DNA of 37,800 bases, from contig DAHVFK010000001.1 of assembly GCA_027317055.1 (NCBI GenBank), forward strand, positions 1-37,800, in the 5' to 3' direction. The translations under genes and the position numbers were made by a program. This DNA is from Betaproteobacteria bacterium (GTDB taxonomy: Bacteria > Pseudomonadota > Gammaproteobacteria > Burkholderiales > SG8-39). The notes below the pieces were generated by a model. That model did not search any database, was not told where the DNA came from, and worked only from the letters and a program-made list of their open reading frames with translations. This document shows positions 8,429 through 15,109 of the stretch, piece by piece (the stretch's first letter is position 1; the number at the start of each line of letters is the position of its first letter).

Positions 8429-9210
8429 CGATCGCAGCCGCCGGCCGCGCTGCGCGCCATCGCCCGGCTTACCTGCGTCGCTGTCCATTCGCCCCCCCAA
8501 GGTGCTGGGATCCCGCGCGCATTCAGTGCGCGGGCGAGTTCCCTTAACGAATTGCAACCCGCCATCAAAGCAGCGTCCAGATACGGACGCACGTCATTGG
8601 CGCGCTCGTCGGCGATCTTGCTCTTCGCCCGCCGCGCGCGATAGGCGCCGGCGCGGTTCGCGTTCAGCACGCCGCCGAGCCTGGTGATCGCCCGGCCTGA
8701 GCGGCGCGCAACCCATGCGCCGTCGCGCTCGATCGCCGCCTTGACCACAGCCAGCGCCGCCTTGGTGCGCTGCGAGGTCATACCGGCCTCGAATTCGGCG
8801 ATCAGCGCCAGCACGCCGATGATCAGCTTGCCGATCGGCCCCGGCGGAATATCCGGCAAATCGCAAAAGACCACGCCGCCGTCGCCGAGACCTTCGACCA
8901 GCGCCAGCAGAAACCGCGCGTTGCGGGCCAGCCGATCGAGCTTGGCGACGATCAGCACGCACCGGCGCAGCCGACATTCGGCCAGCGCCTTGGCCAACTC
9001 CGGCCGCTCGTTGCGCTTGCCGCTCTCGACCTCGGTATAGGTGGTGATGATCTTGCCGCCGACCGCCGCGATGTGGGCCGCCACCCGTTCCCGCTGGGCT
9101 TCCAGCCCGAGCCCGGAGGCGCCCTGCTTGTCGGTCGAGACCCGGTAGTAGGCGACGAACCGTGGCGAGCCAGGCGCACCACGCGCTCGCGCTGCCGCCG
9201 GCGCTGCCAT
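8425..9210 (-). CDS. small serine recombinase (resolvase/invertase family) with C-terminal HTH
   Basis: FVAYYRVSTDKQG catalytic-serine motif, then VLIVAKLDRLARN and a helix-rich C-terminus. 261 aa. Confidence 0.9.
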   Translation of the reverse strand: MAAPAAARARGAPGSPRFVAYYRVSTDKQGASGLGLEAQRERVAAHIAAVGGKIITTYTEVESGKRNERPELAKALAECRLRRCVLIVAKLDRLARNARFLLALVEGLGDGGVVFCDLPDIPPGPIGKLIIGVLALIAEFEAGMTSQRTKAALAVVKAAIERDGAWVARRSGRAITRLGGVLNANRAGAYRARRAKSKIADERANDVRPYLDAALMAGCNSLRELARALNARGIPAPWGGEWTATQVSRAMARSAAGGCDR

Positions 9211-9224
9211 CCTCGCCCCGTCAC

Positions 9225-9308
9225 ATTATCGGTGGTCCGTTCGGCAGAAAGAGACAGAGCGCCGGTTTGTTTAATGCCGATCTTTACGGTGCGCGCGTCT
9301 TTTTCTGC
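9225..9308 (-). promoter_or_regulatory. candidate promoter/operator upstream of the recombinase-terminase chain: -10-like GATAAT plus a 12-bp inverted repeat pair
   Basis: On the minus strand, GATAAT (9225-9230) lies 14 nt before ATG 9210 with no good -35. GCAGAAAGAGAC (9244-9255) and its near-perfect inverse (9297-9308) flank 41 bp in the only AT-richer gap of this arm. Confidence 0.35.
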
Positions 9309-9341
9309 GATCCTGCCGTGTAGTATGCCCGACGACCCCGA

Positions 9342-9749
9342 TCACTCTAAGGCGCAGCACCCTGGATCTATTCGCTCCGGGCTCAGCTCCGGCCAGTTGC
9401 ACACGACCAGGTCCTCGCCCGGCGTCGCGATCGGCTGCCGCCAGCACAGCGCGCCGAGCCCGACGCGGAACAACCACTCGCCCCGCTGGCTCGGGGTCAT
9501 CACCTCCCACGCGGTGATCACCAGGCGGATGCGCGGCGCCGGGACCGGCCGCCCCAGGCTCGCCGAGATCCACCGCTCGCTGCAACCGAGCATCGCCGCG
9601 ATCGAGCGCTGCCGCAGCCCGATCGCGCGCGCCCGCTGCCGCCAGCTCAGCTGATCGGGAACCACGGGAGCGCGGTCATCCAGGGCATACTGCCACCGCT
9701 CTCGGCCGGCGCGGGCTCGACCCTCACCTCGATCCGCGGCGGAGGACAT
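9342..9749 (-). CDS. HTH DNA-binding protein (start uncertain)
   Basis: LSWRQRARAIGLRQRSIAAMLGCSERWISASL looks like a helix-turn-helix. ATG 9747-9749 was chosen. It overlaps the 3' end of the upstream ORF. Confidence 0.45.
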   Translation of the reverse strand: MSSAADRGEGRARAGRERWQYALDDRAPVVPDQLSWRQRARAIGLRQRSIAAMLGCSERWISASLGRPVPAPRIRLVITAWEVMTPSQRGEWLFRVGLGALCWRQPIATPGEDLVVCNWPELSPERIDPGCCALE

Positions 9750-9907
9750 GGCAAGATCAGGCCGCCCGGGCCGGCGCCATAGCACCAGCACTCGGCCATC
9801 GGCCGCAGCAGCCGAGCGTGACAGGGGCGCCCGGCCCCGGCCTCGCTGCGCAGCTGGCAGATCCGCAGCCGGATCGCATCGAAATCGTCCACCACCGGCT
9901 CAGCCAT
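9647..9907 (-). CDS. small Cys-containing hypothetical protein
   Basis: ATG 9905-9907 overlaps the upstream stop by 8 nt (ATGGCTGA). The 3' third overlaps the next gene, so the true end is unclear. Confidence 0.4.
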   Translation of the reverse strand: MAEPVVDDFDAIRLRICQLRSEAGAGRPCHARLLRPMAECWCYGAGPGGLILPCPPPRIEVRVEPAPAESGGSMPWMTALPWFPIS

Positions 9908-10364
9908 CGGCCGCCTCCCGCTCCACCGCCTGCTCGCTCACCGAGACGCCCAGCTCGTCGCGCACCCGCTTGACCGGATCGCCCCGGCGCGGTGCCGCAA
10001 ACGCCGCCGCGTTCCGCTCGCCCCACGCCGCGATGTTGGCTCTCGCCTCGCGGCACGCCGCCTCGACATAGGCGATTTCCGCAGGCGTCGGCGCCGGCCG
10101 GCGTGCCGCTGGCGGCGGCTTGCCGAAGTGTCGCCGCCACATCGCCTCGGCCTGCCCGGCAAGCCGCGCAGCGAACCACAGACGGTCCGGGTCGATCGGG
10201 CTGCGATCTTCGAACGCACCAAGCATAACGCGCCGCCATCCGTAATCGTAGGCATGCGCAAACCACCGCTCCTCAGTAGTACGCTCTGCATTCGACTGTT
10301 GGAGGAGGAGCGTCCGGTGCCCGATAGCTGGAAATTCCGGCGCCGCCATTGGCAGTACGAACAT
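9900..10364 (-). CDS. hypothetical protein (154 aa, start uncertain)
   Basis: ORF in the operon direction with high third-position GC. It overlaps the 3' end of the replication gene by ~90 nt. Confidence 0.45.
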   Translation of the reverse strand: MFVLPMAAPEFPAIGHRTLLLQQSNAERTTEERWFAHAYDYGWRRVMLGAFEDRSPIDPDRLWFAARLAGQAEAMWRRHFGKPPPAARRPAPTPAEIAYVEAACREARANIAAWGERNAAAFAAPRRGDPVKRVRDELGVSVSEQAVEREAADG

Positions 10365-11229
10365 TTACCTCTCCAGGCTGATCGAGCCAGCGGTCCTCGG
10401 TGAGCCAGCGGGCCGGGTTGCACCACTGCCGGTCGGCCGGTTTGGTGGCGATGTACCGGGCGGCGCCCGCCAGCAATGCGGCGGGTGTGGCCCCGCGAGC
10501 GATGGCGCGGCGGTAGGCCTGCGCGGCAGCCGGCCTCGCGACCTTGTGCGGCCAGGCGGCCCACCACTCGGCGAAGCCTGGTGGGCTCAGCGGGGTCGGT
10601 GCGTGCTGACCTTCTTCCCCGAGATTGTTTTCAACCTCGCGCGCGCGATTCGAGCGAAGCGAGATATCTACTCTTCTCTTATCTAAGAGGGGGCGCGTTT
10701 CATCGTTGATATCATGGGCGTTTTCGGCCGATGAAACGCTCGATGAAACGCATGAAACACCGACCCTAAATGTTTCATCGTTATCGGGTGCTGACCTAGT
10801 TTCGGGGTGCTGCGAGCCGTCGATCGGCAGCATCATCGACAGTTGACGGGGTCGTGCCCGGTGAGCCCTCACCCGCTCGGTGCTTTTGGCGACAGAGCGC
10901 ACCGCTGCCTGCGCCGCCGCATAGCCGGCCTTGACCGCGCCGGCGCCTTGATGCTGAGCCCAATTGCGGAGCGTCGTGCCGACGACGATCGCCTTTTCGA
11001 TAAAGACATCCCAGATGCGCCGCAGCAGGTCGAGCGGATAGTCGGTGCCAGCGGCGACCTCCTCGAGGTCGAACCCGGCGAGCGATCCATCATGCTGCCC
11101 GGCGAAATCGAGCGCCCAACTGTAGAGTGCCCACACATGTCCGGCCGGGCAGCCGGCCTTTGCGGCGACGGCGCGCCACTTCGGGTTAGCTGGTGCGCCA
11201 TGCTTTAGCTTCAGCCAAAATCCGCTCAT
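10273..11229 (-). CDS. replication initiation / replisome-organiser-like protein
   Basis: The C-terminal W-rich motif FAEWWAAWPHK...AARYIATKP..RQWCNPARWLTEDRWLD is common in phage replication proteins (recalled). Iterons are embedded mid-gene. ATGA-coupled to the upstream 52-aa ORF. Confidence 0.55.
   Translation of the reverse strand: MSGFWLKLKHGAPANPKWRAVAAKAGCPAGHVWALYSWALDFAGQHDGSLAGFDLEEVAAGTDYPLDLLRRIWDVFIEKAIVVGTTLRNWAQHQGAGAVKAGYAAAQAAVRSVAKSTERVRAHRARPRQLSMMLPIDGSQHPETRSAPDNDETFRVGVSCVSSSVSSAENAHDINDETRPLLDKRRVDISLRSNRAREVENNLGEEGQHAPTPLSPPGFAEWWAAWPHKVARPAAAQAYRRAIARGATPAALLAGAARYIATKPADRQWCNPARWLTEDRWLDQPGEVNVRTANGGAGISSYRAPDAPPPTVECRAYY
10655..10779. repeat. candidate replication origin: AT-richer dyads plus five GATGAAAC iterons inside the replication gene
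   Basis: GTTTCATC at 10697-10704 and 10772-10779. GATGAAAC at 10730-10737 and 10742-10749. CATGAAAC at 10751-10758. Palindromes AGATATCT (10662-10669) and CTCTTA-TC-TAAGAG (10676-10689). Confidence 0.6.
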
Positions 11230-11384
11230 GGCTCGCCCCCGACGAAACTAGTTTCGAGAGCGCAGACCGCGGTCATCGTGCTGCGGAAAGCAATCGCCAG
11301 CCGAAAACCAAGTTCCCGGCTTAGCCAATAGCCGTTGACCCCGTAAGTCGCATACGCACGCTGGCGCGGCGTCAGTTTGCTCAT
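11226..11384 (-). CDS. small ORF (52 aa, below the ORF-track cutoff)
   Basis: ATG 11382-11384 is preceded by GGGGAG at good spacing. The stop overlaps the replication-gene ATG (ATGA). Hand-translated MSKLTPRQRAYATYGVNGYWLSRELGF... Confidence 0.45.
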   Translation of the reverse strand: MSKLTPRQRAYATYGVNGYWLSRELGFRLAIAFRSTMTAVCALETSFVGGEP

Positions 11385-11420
11385 TTCTGATCTCCCCTTC
11401 CCCGAGAGCAGTGCGGCCGG

Positions 11421-11648
11421 CTAGCTCCACCAGCCGGTGATCGTGAACCCAGTGTTGGCGGTGACCGCGACGATGCGCGGCCCGACATAGAGGCCGGGCG
11501 GGACGGCGCCGAGCGCCACGGTTTCGCCGCCGGCGGTAACGACGGTCAGCACCGTGCCGCTGGCGCCGGCGACGAGCAGCGCCTCGACGGCGGTCGGAAA
11601 CGTCCCGGTGCCGGCGCCGAGCGAGAAGGCGTGGTTGAAGCTGCGCAT
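11421..11648 (-). CDS. small beta-rich hypothetical protein (75 aa)
   Basis: ATG 11646-11648 lies 5 nt after the upstream stop. MRSFNHAFSLGAGTGTFPTAVEALLV... The track N-terminal extension is rejected. Confidence 0.5.
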   Translation of the reverse strand: MRSFNHAFSLGAGTGTFPTAVEALLVAGASGTVLTVVTAGGETVALGAVPPGLYVGPRIVAVTANTGFTITGWWS

Positions 11649-11653
11649 CGCGC

Positions 11654-12094
11654 TCACCAGCGCCGGGCGGCGAAGGCCTGCCCGGTGGTGCCGCCGTAAA
11701 GACTGACCGCACCCGCCGGGTGGTAGCCGTCCGGTGTGACGAAGATCGCGCCGGCGGCAACCGGGATAGACGCGCCGCCGGCGGTCGCCACCCCGACATC
11801 GCACACATAGAGCGGGTGCGTGAGGTCGAGATTGGCGACGAGATAGCCGTTGGTCGGGACGGCCCCGCCGAACAGTGTCTGCGCGCTGCCGCCGGCCGTG
11901 ATCGTGCCCGAGCCGTCCGATGCGGGCGCCGCGGCGGCGTTGATCACCGGCATCGGCGCACTCGAGCTGACCGGCGTGGCGACCCCGCCGACGAGCGCCG
12001 CCTCGACATGCTCCGGCACCAAATTGGACTGCGCGTCGCTCTGTGTGGCGATCGTCTGCACGGCGGAATTGGCGTCCTTGATTAGCAGGGCCAT
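11654..12094 (-). CDS. hypothetical protein (146 aa)
   Basis: ATG 12092-12094 is preceded by GAGGAG. It is the first gene after the intrinsic terminator. Confidence 0.6.
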   Translation of the reverse strand: MALLIKDANSAVQTIATQSDAQSNLVPEHVEAALVGGVATPVSSSAPMPVINAAAAPASDGSGTITAGGSAQTLFGGAVPTNGYLVANLDLTHPLYVCDVGVATAGGASIPVAAGAIFVTPDGYHPAGAVSLYGGTTGQAFAARRW

Positions 12095-12105
12095 ACGCTC
12101 TCCTC

Positions 12106-12144
12106 AGAGAAAAAAGAGGCCGGGAGGGAGCGTCCCGCCCGGCC
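12106..12144 (-). terminator. Rho-independent terminator closing the secreted-protein moron
   Basis: Minus strand reads GGCCGGGCGGGA-CGC-TCCCTCCCGGCC (11 bp with one mismatch) followed by TCTTTTTTCT. Confidence 0.75.
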
Positions 12145-12152
12145 GCGTTAAC

Positions 12153-12557
12153 CTAAAAGCTGCGGGCTTCGACCCAGACGGAGGCCTGGCCGGTGCAATA
12201 GACCGAGACGCCGCCGATCGGGATGTAGCCTGGCGGCGTGGTGTAGGCGACGTTGGCTCCGGTCACCGGATCATGGCCGAACGGGAAGCCATGATTTGGG
12301 CCGGCATTGCCCATCGCCGCGTAGTCGTCCTCGGCCCAGCATTGATTGAGCCCGTTTTGTGCGGCCGGAACGGCGAGCGTGAAGCCGTGCTGCGGTTTGA
12401 AGTTCCAGGTGATGACGGTCGGAACATTGGCGGTCACGTACTCCGACCAGTCGCAGACGTAGACGTAGCCGGGGGTGCACGGCACGGCATAGGCCGCGCC
12501 GGCGAACGCGGTGGCCGAGAGGCCAAAGAGGGCGGCCGAAAGCAACAAGCGTTTCAT
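12153..12557 (-). CDS. small secreted Cys-containing protein (134 aa)
   Basis: MKRLLLSAALFGLSATAFAGAAYA-VP signal peptide from ATG 12555-12557. The mature part has 4 Cys. Confidence 0.7.
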   Translation of the reverse strand: MKRLLLSAALFGLSATAFAGAAYAVPCTPGYVYVCDWSEYVTANVPTVITWNFKPQHGFTLAVPAAQNGLNQCWAEDDYAAMGNAGPNHGFPFGHDPVTGANVAYTTPPGYIPIGGVSVYCTGQASVWVEARSF

Positions 12558-12761
12558 CGTGGGTAACCTTGCCAGGAAGGGGCGGATCGGGAATGTGCGG
12601 CGCGCTTGCCCCGGCGGCGCGCCGAACCTGATTGAAAGCGAGAGCGTCGGCGGCATAGGCTCGGGCGTTCCTTGCCAGGAACCGCCCGTCCCGGAGAGGC
12701 GTAAAAGCTCCGGGAGCCGGCGGCGGCCGGAAATGCGCGCCAAGCCCGGCCGCCGTCGCGC

Positions 12762-13406
12762 TCATGCGGCGAGCGCGCCCGCCGGTCTGCGCAGCCACCA
12801 GGCAAGCCCGAGGAGCGACACGCCGAGTAGCGCCAGCGTGCTTGGTTCGGGCACGGCCGCCCGGCGGCCCACGATCTCGCCCGAGGAGATCACCGCCGTC
12901 TCGCTGCCGGTGGTGTGCGACAGCGCCGACAGAAAGACCCCGCGCGACAGGTTTTCGAGGGCGATGTCGATCGCCGCGGCAGCGCCGGCGAAGGTCGAGA
13001 GGAACGTGGCGTCGCCGCTGCGGGCGCTGATCGTCAGCGTGCCGATCAGATCGGGGTTCGGCGAATCGTCCTTGAGCAGCGACCAGCCGACCGTGCCGGC
13101 GAGGCTGTCGCCATCGACGCCATGATAGGCGAGCGCCTGGCTGCCATGGATCGCAAAGTTGCCGCCGGAGATCGTTCCGCTGGTGAGCCAGGCGAGCGGC
13201 CCCAGCGTGTAGCCGCCGAGGTCGGAACCAAAGAGCGCGGTTCCGTGCGCGGCTGCGCCGGCGACGTTCAGCGCGCCGCCCCCGGTGCCGGAAAAGCTGT
13301 AGTAGCCGGCGGCGCTGTTGGCGATGGTGATTTGCGCGGCGTGCGCGGCGCCGGCGGCGAGGCCAATGGCGCAACCGAGCGCCAGGGCTGGAATCCTTGT
13401 CTTCAT
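12762..13406 (-). CDS. PEP-CTERM sorting-domain protein (214 aa) with Sec signal peptide
   Basis: N-terminus is MKTRIPALALGCAIGLAAGAAHA-AQ. C-terminus is VPEPSTLALLGVSLLGLAWWLRRP, i.e. PEP motif, TM helix and basic cluster. AAGGAGA RBS upstream of ATG 13404-13406. Confidence 0.85.
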   Translation of the reverse strand: MKTRIPALALGCAIGLAAGAAHAAQITIANSAAGYYSFSGTGGGALNVAGAAAHGTALFGSDLGGYTLGPLAWLTSGTISGGNFAIHGSQALAYHGVDGDSLAGTVGWSLLKDDSPNPDLIGTLTISARSGDATFLSTFAGAAAAIDIALENLSRGVFLSALSHTTGSETAVISSGEIVGRRAAVPEPSTLALLGVSLLGLAWWLRRPAGALAA

Positions 13407-13473
13407 GGCCAGGTCGTCTCCTTGCCAGGGGTGTGCCGCGGAACCGCCGCGGCGCGGATCTGGGCTGTCGCGC

Positions 13474-13938
13474 TCACTGCGCGGCATCGGCGAACAGAGT
13501 GGCGAGATCGCTGGCCCGGTGCGGCCACACGCTGATCCGCAGCAGCGGCTTGTCGCTGTAGCGCTTGATGACCTGGCCCTCGACGATCTGCTTGTCGTCG
13601 GCCCAGAGCATCCCGTTGCACGCGTCGCAGATTTTGCCGAGGTTGTCCCAATCGGGCTTGACGGTCGGCGCGACCATGCCGAGCAGCGCCTCGCGCCGTT
13701 TTTTGCCAGAGAAGGAAGTCGGGATCGGGAAATCCGCCTCGATCAGGACGCGAAGCGCGCAGGTAAAGAGCGGGCGGCCGTCCATCGCCTTTTGCGCGGC
13801 GAGCCGTAAATTTCCCTCGTACTGCGCGGTCTTCTCGTCGGGGTGGGTGACGAAGTAACCATTCGGCAGGCGGTCGCGACGCACCGCGCCCTTGCCTCGG
13901 GGATGCCCGATCATCTCGACGACAAGCGGCCAGGTCAT
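13474..13938 (-). CDS. rusA: RusA-family Holliday junction resolvase
   Basis: 154 aa from ATG 13936-13938. KPDWDNLGKICDACNGMLWADDKQIV matches the RusA catalytic-region pattern. Confidence 0.85.
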   Translation of the reverse strand: MTWPLVVEMIGHPRGKGAVRRDRLPNGYFVTHPDEKTAQYEGNLRLAAQKAMDGRPLFTCALRVLIEADFPIPTSFSGKKRREALLGMVAPTVKPDWDNLGKICDACNGMLWADDKQIVEGQVIKRYSDKPLLRISVWPHRASDLATLFADAAQ

Positions 13939-14171
13939 GCCGCGGCACCTGCGCAGCGCGAGCACAGGCCCGGCGCTACCCAGTGACAGCCGCCCGCGCA
14001 GGTGCGCTCGTCGGTGCAGCCGCAGATGCGGCATTGCCGGTCATCGACCGCCGCCCGCTCTGGGGTCGGTTTGCGCGGGGCGAAGAGATCGGCCGCCGCG
14101 CGCAGCTGTTGCGCCGTGGGCCGCGTCTTCTTCCAGCGATTCGTTCCGCGCAGGAAGCCGAGCGACCTCAT
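13935..14171 (-). CDS. Cys-rich putative zinc-binding protein (78 aa)
   Basis: CRICGCTDERTCAGGCHWVAPGLCSRC. ATGA overlaps at both ends. Confidence 0.6.
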   Translation of the reverse strand: MRSLGFLRGTNRWKKTRPTAQQLRAAADLFAPRKPTPERAAVDDRQCRICGCTDERTCAGGCHWVAPGLCSRCAGAAA

Positions 14172-14620
14172 TGGACCAGCTCCTCGGTCTTGCGCGGCCG
14201 GCCGCGGCGCTTCGGCGCATCGGGCTCGGCGCTCAGCGGGGCGGCCTCGCTATGTTGTCCGCGCCGCTCTGACACCAGCTGGCCGAGCCGGTAGCCCGGT
14301 TCGACCGGTTCCTCGCGCCGGGGTTTCGGCGTCTTTGGCTGATGGTCGAACAGGTCGCCCTGATCCCACACGCCGAGCTCGTCGCAATAGGCGGCAAGCG
14401 CGCTCAGGAAGTCGTTGCGCTTGTCGTCTTCCATGTTCCTGAGCTTCAGCGCCATCTTCAGCGCGGCGCGGTTGAAGCCGTAATCCTCGGCCTCCTGATA
14501 GAGGTTTCCGAGGTCGCTGCGGGCTAGATCGGCGAGCGCCTTCTTGCTATCGATGCGCCGCACCAAGCCCTTGAGCTTGCTGATATTGATCCGCGCGCCG
14601 TCGCTACTATCTTCCGCCAT
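14168..14620 (-). CDS. GapR/DUF2312-like DNA-binding protein with C-terminal AT-hook-like KRRGRPRK
   Basis: LKGLVRRIDS...LGNLYQEAEDYGFNRAALKMALKLRNMEDDKRNDFLSALAAYCDELGV follows the GapR (UPF0335) pattern recalled from Caulobacter. GGAGT RBS. Confidence 0.6.
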   Translation of the reverse strand: MAEDSSDGARINISKLKGLVRRIDSKKALADLARSDLGNLYQEAEDYGFNRAALKMALKLRNMEDDKRNDFLSALAAYCDELGVWDQGDLFDHQPKTPKPRREEPVEPGYRLGQLVSERRGQHSEAAPLSAEPDAPKRRGRPRKTEELVQ

Positions 14621-14646
14621 GACGGAACTCCCCTTCCGTTGTTGAC

Positions 14647-14720
14647 CGCCCGGTTACCCCGCCGGGCGACTTTCGGGTCCCGGCCCGGAGCGTGATCCCC
14701 CGACTGGTCCGCTCCGGGCC
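14647..14720 (-). other. two GC-rich hairpins in the 279-nt non-coding gap downstream of cro
   Basis: CGCCCGG(14647-14653)/CCGGGCG(14662-14668). GGCCCGGAGCG(14682-14692)/CGCTCCGGGCC(14710-14720), a perfect 11-bp stem with a 17-nt loop. No U-tract follows either. Confidence 0.5.
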
Positions 14721-14899
14721 GGCCCGCGCCGCACGCCGGGGGGCGGTGGCGCATCTCGGTCCATGTCGCCGATTCGTTCTCTGCTGCCGGTCTGGGCCGG
14801 TCCAGCGAGCCGCTAAGCTGCAACCCACGATGGGCGTAAGGATTGCGCTCAGGCGCAGTGCGTGTGCGCATGCTATGGCGCGGGGATGCAGAAGCACGT

Positions 14900-15109
14900 T
14901 CACGCCCTGCGCGCGTCGTCAGCCGCTCGCAGGAAATCGTCCGGCGTCACTTCGCCAGCGGTCGCCTCTTTAATTCGGGCGGCAACGTCGCGGCCGGGCC
15001 AAGTGCGCCCCTCGCAAAGGTCCGTTAGATGCGAGGGGGAGATCCCCACGCGCCCAGCGAACACGAAACGTTTGGTGCGCTCCCGGCGGAGCCAATCGGC
15101 AAGCTGCAT
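14900..15109 (-). CDS. Cro-like HTH regulator (69 aa)
   Basis: FAGRVGISPSHLTDLCEGRTWPGRDVAARI helix-turn-helix. Divergent from the XRE repressor across a 59-bp gap. Confidence 0.7.
   Translation of the reverse strand: MQLADWLRRERTKRFVFAGRVGISPSHLTDLCEGRTWPGRDVAARIKEATAGEVTPDDFLRAADDARRA

Noticed and set aside
12558-12656. Longer isoform of the 134-aa secreted protein starting at ATG 12656, with a Tat-like ARRTFPI motif
   Set aside because: The RR motif is ~17 residues away from the hydrophobic core, unlike Tat signals. The extension would bury a perfectly good Sec signal. I kept it only as a note under the 10-mer finding.
12567-13429. CCTGGCAAGG as a sigma54 (-24 TGGCA / -12 TTGC) promoter
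   Set aside because: No TTGC element lies at the required 4-5 nt spacing downstream of TGGCA, and the motif sits too close (10-14 nt) to start codons.
14524-14903. ORFs 14524-14871 and 14607-14903 as genes filling the cro-gapR gap
   Set aside because: The translations are Arg/Pro/Gly-rich without structure. One overlaps the gapR-like gene start and no RBS is present. I treated the region as non-coding and structured.
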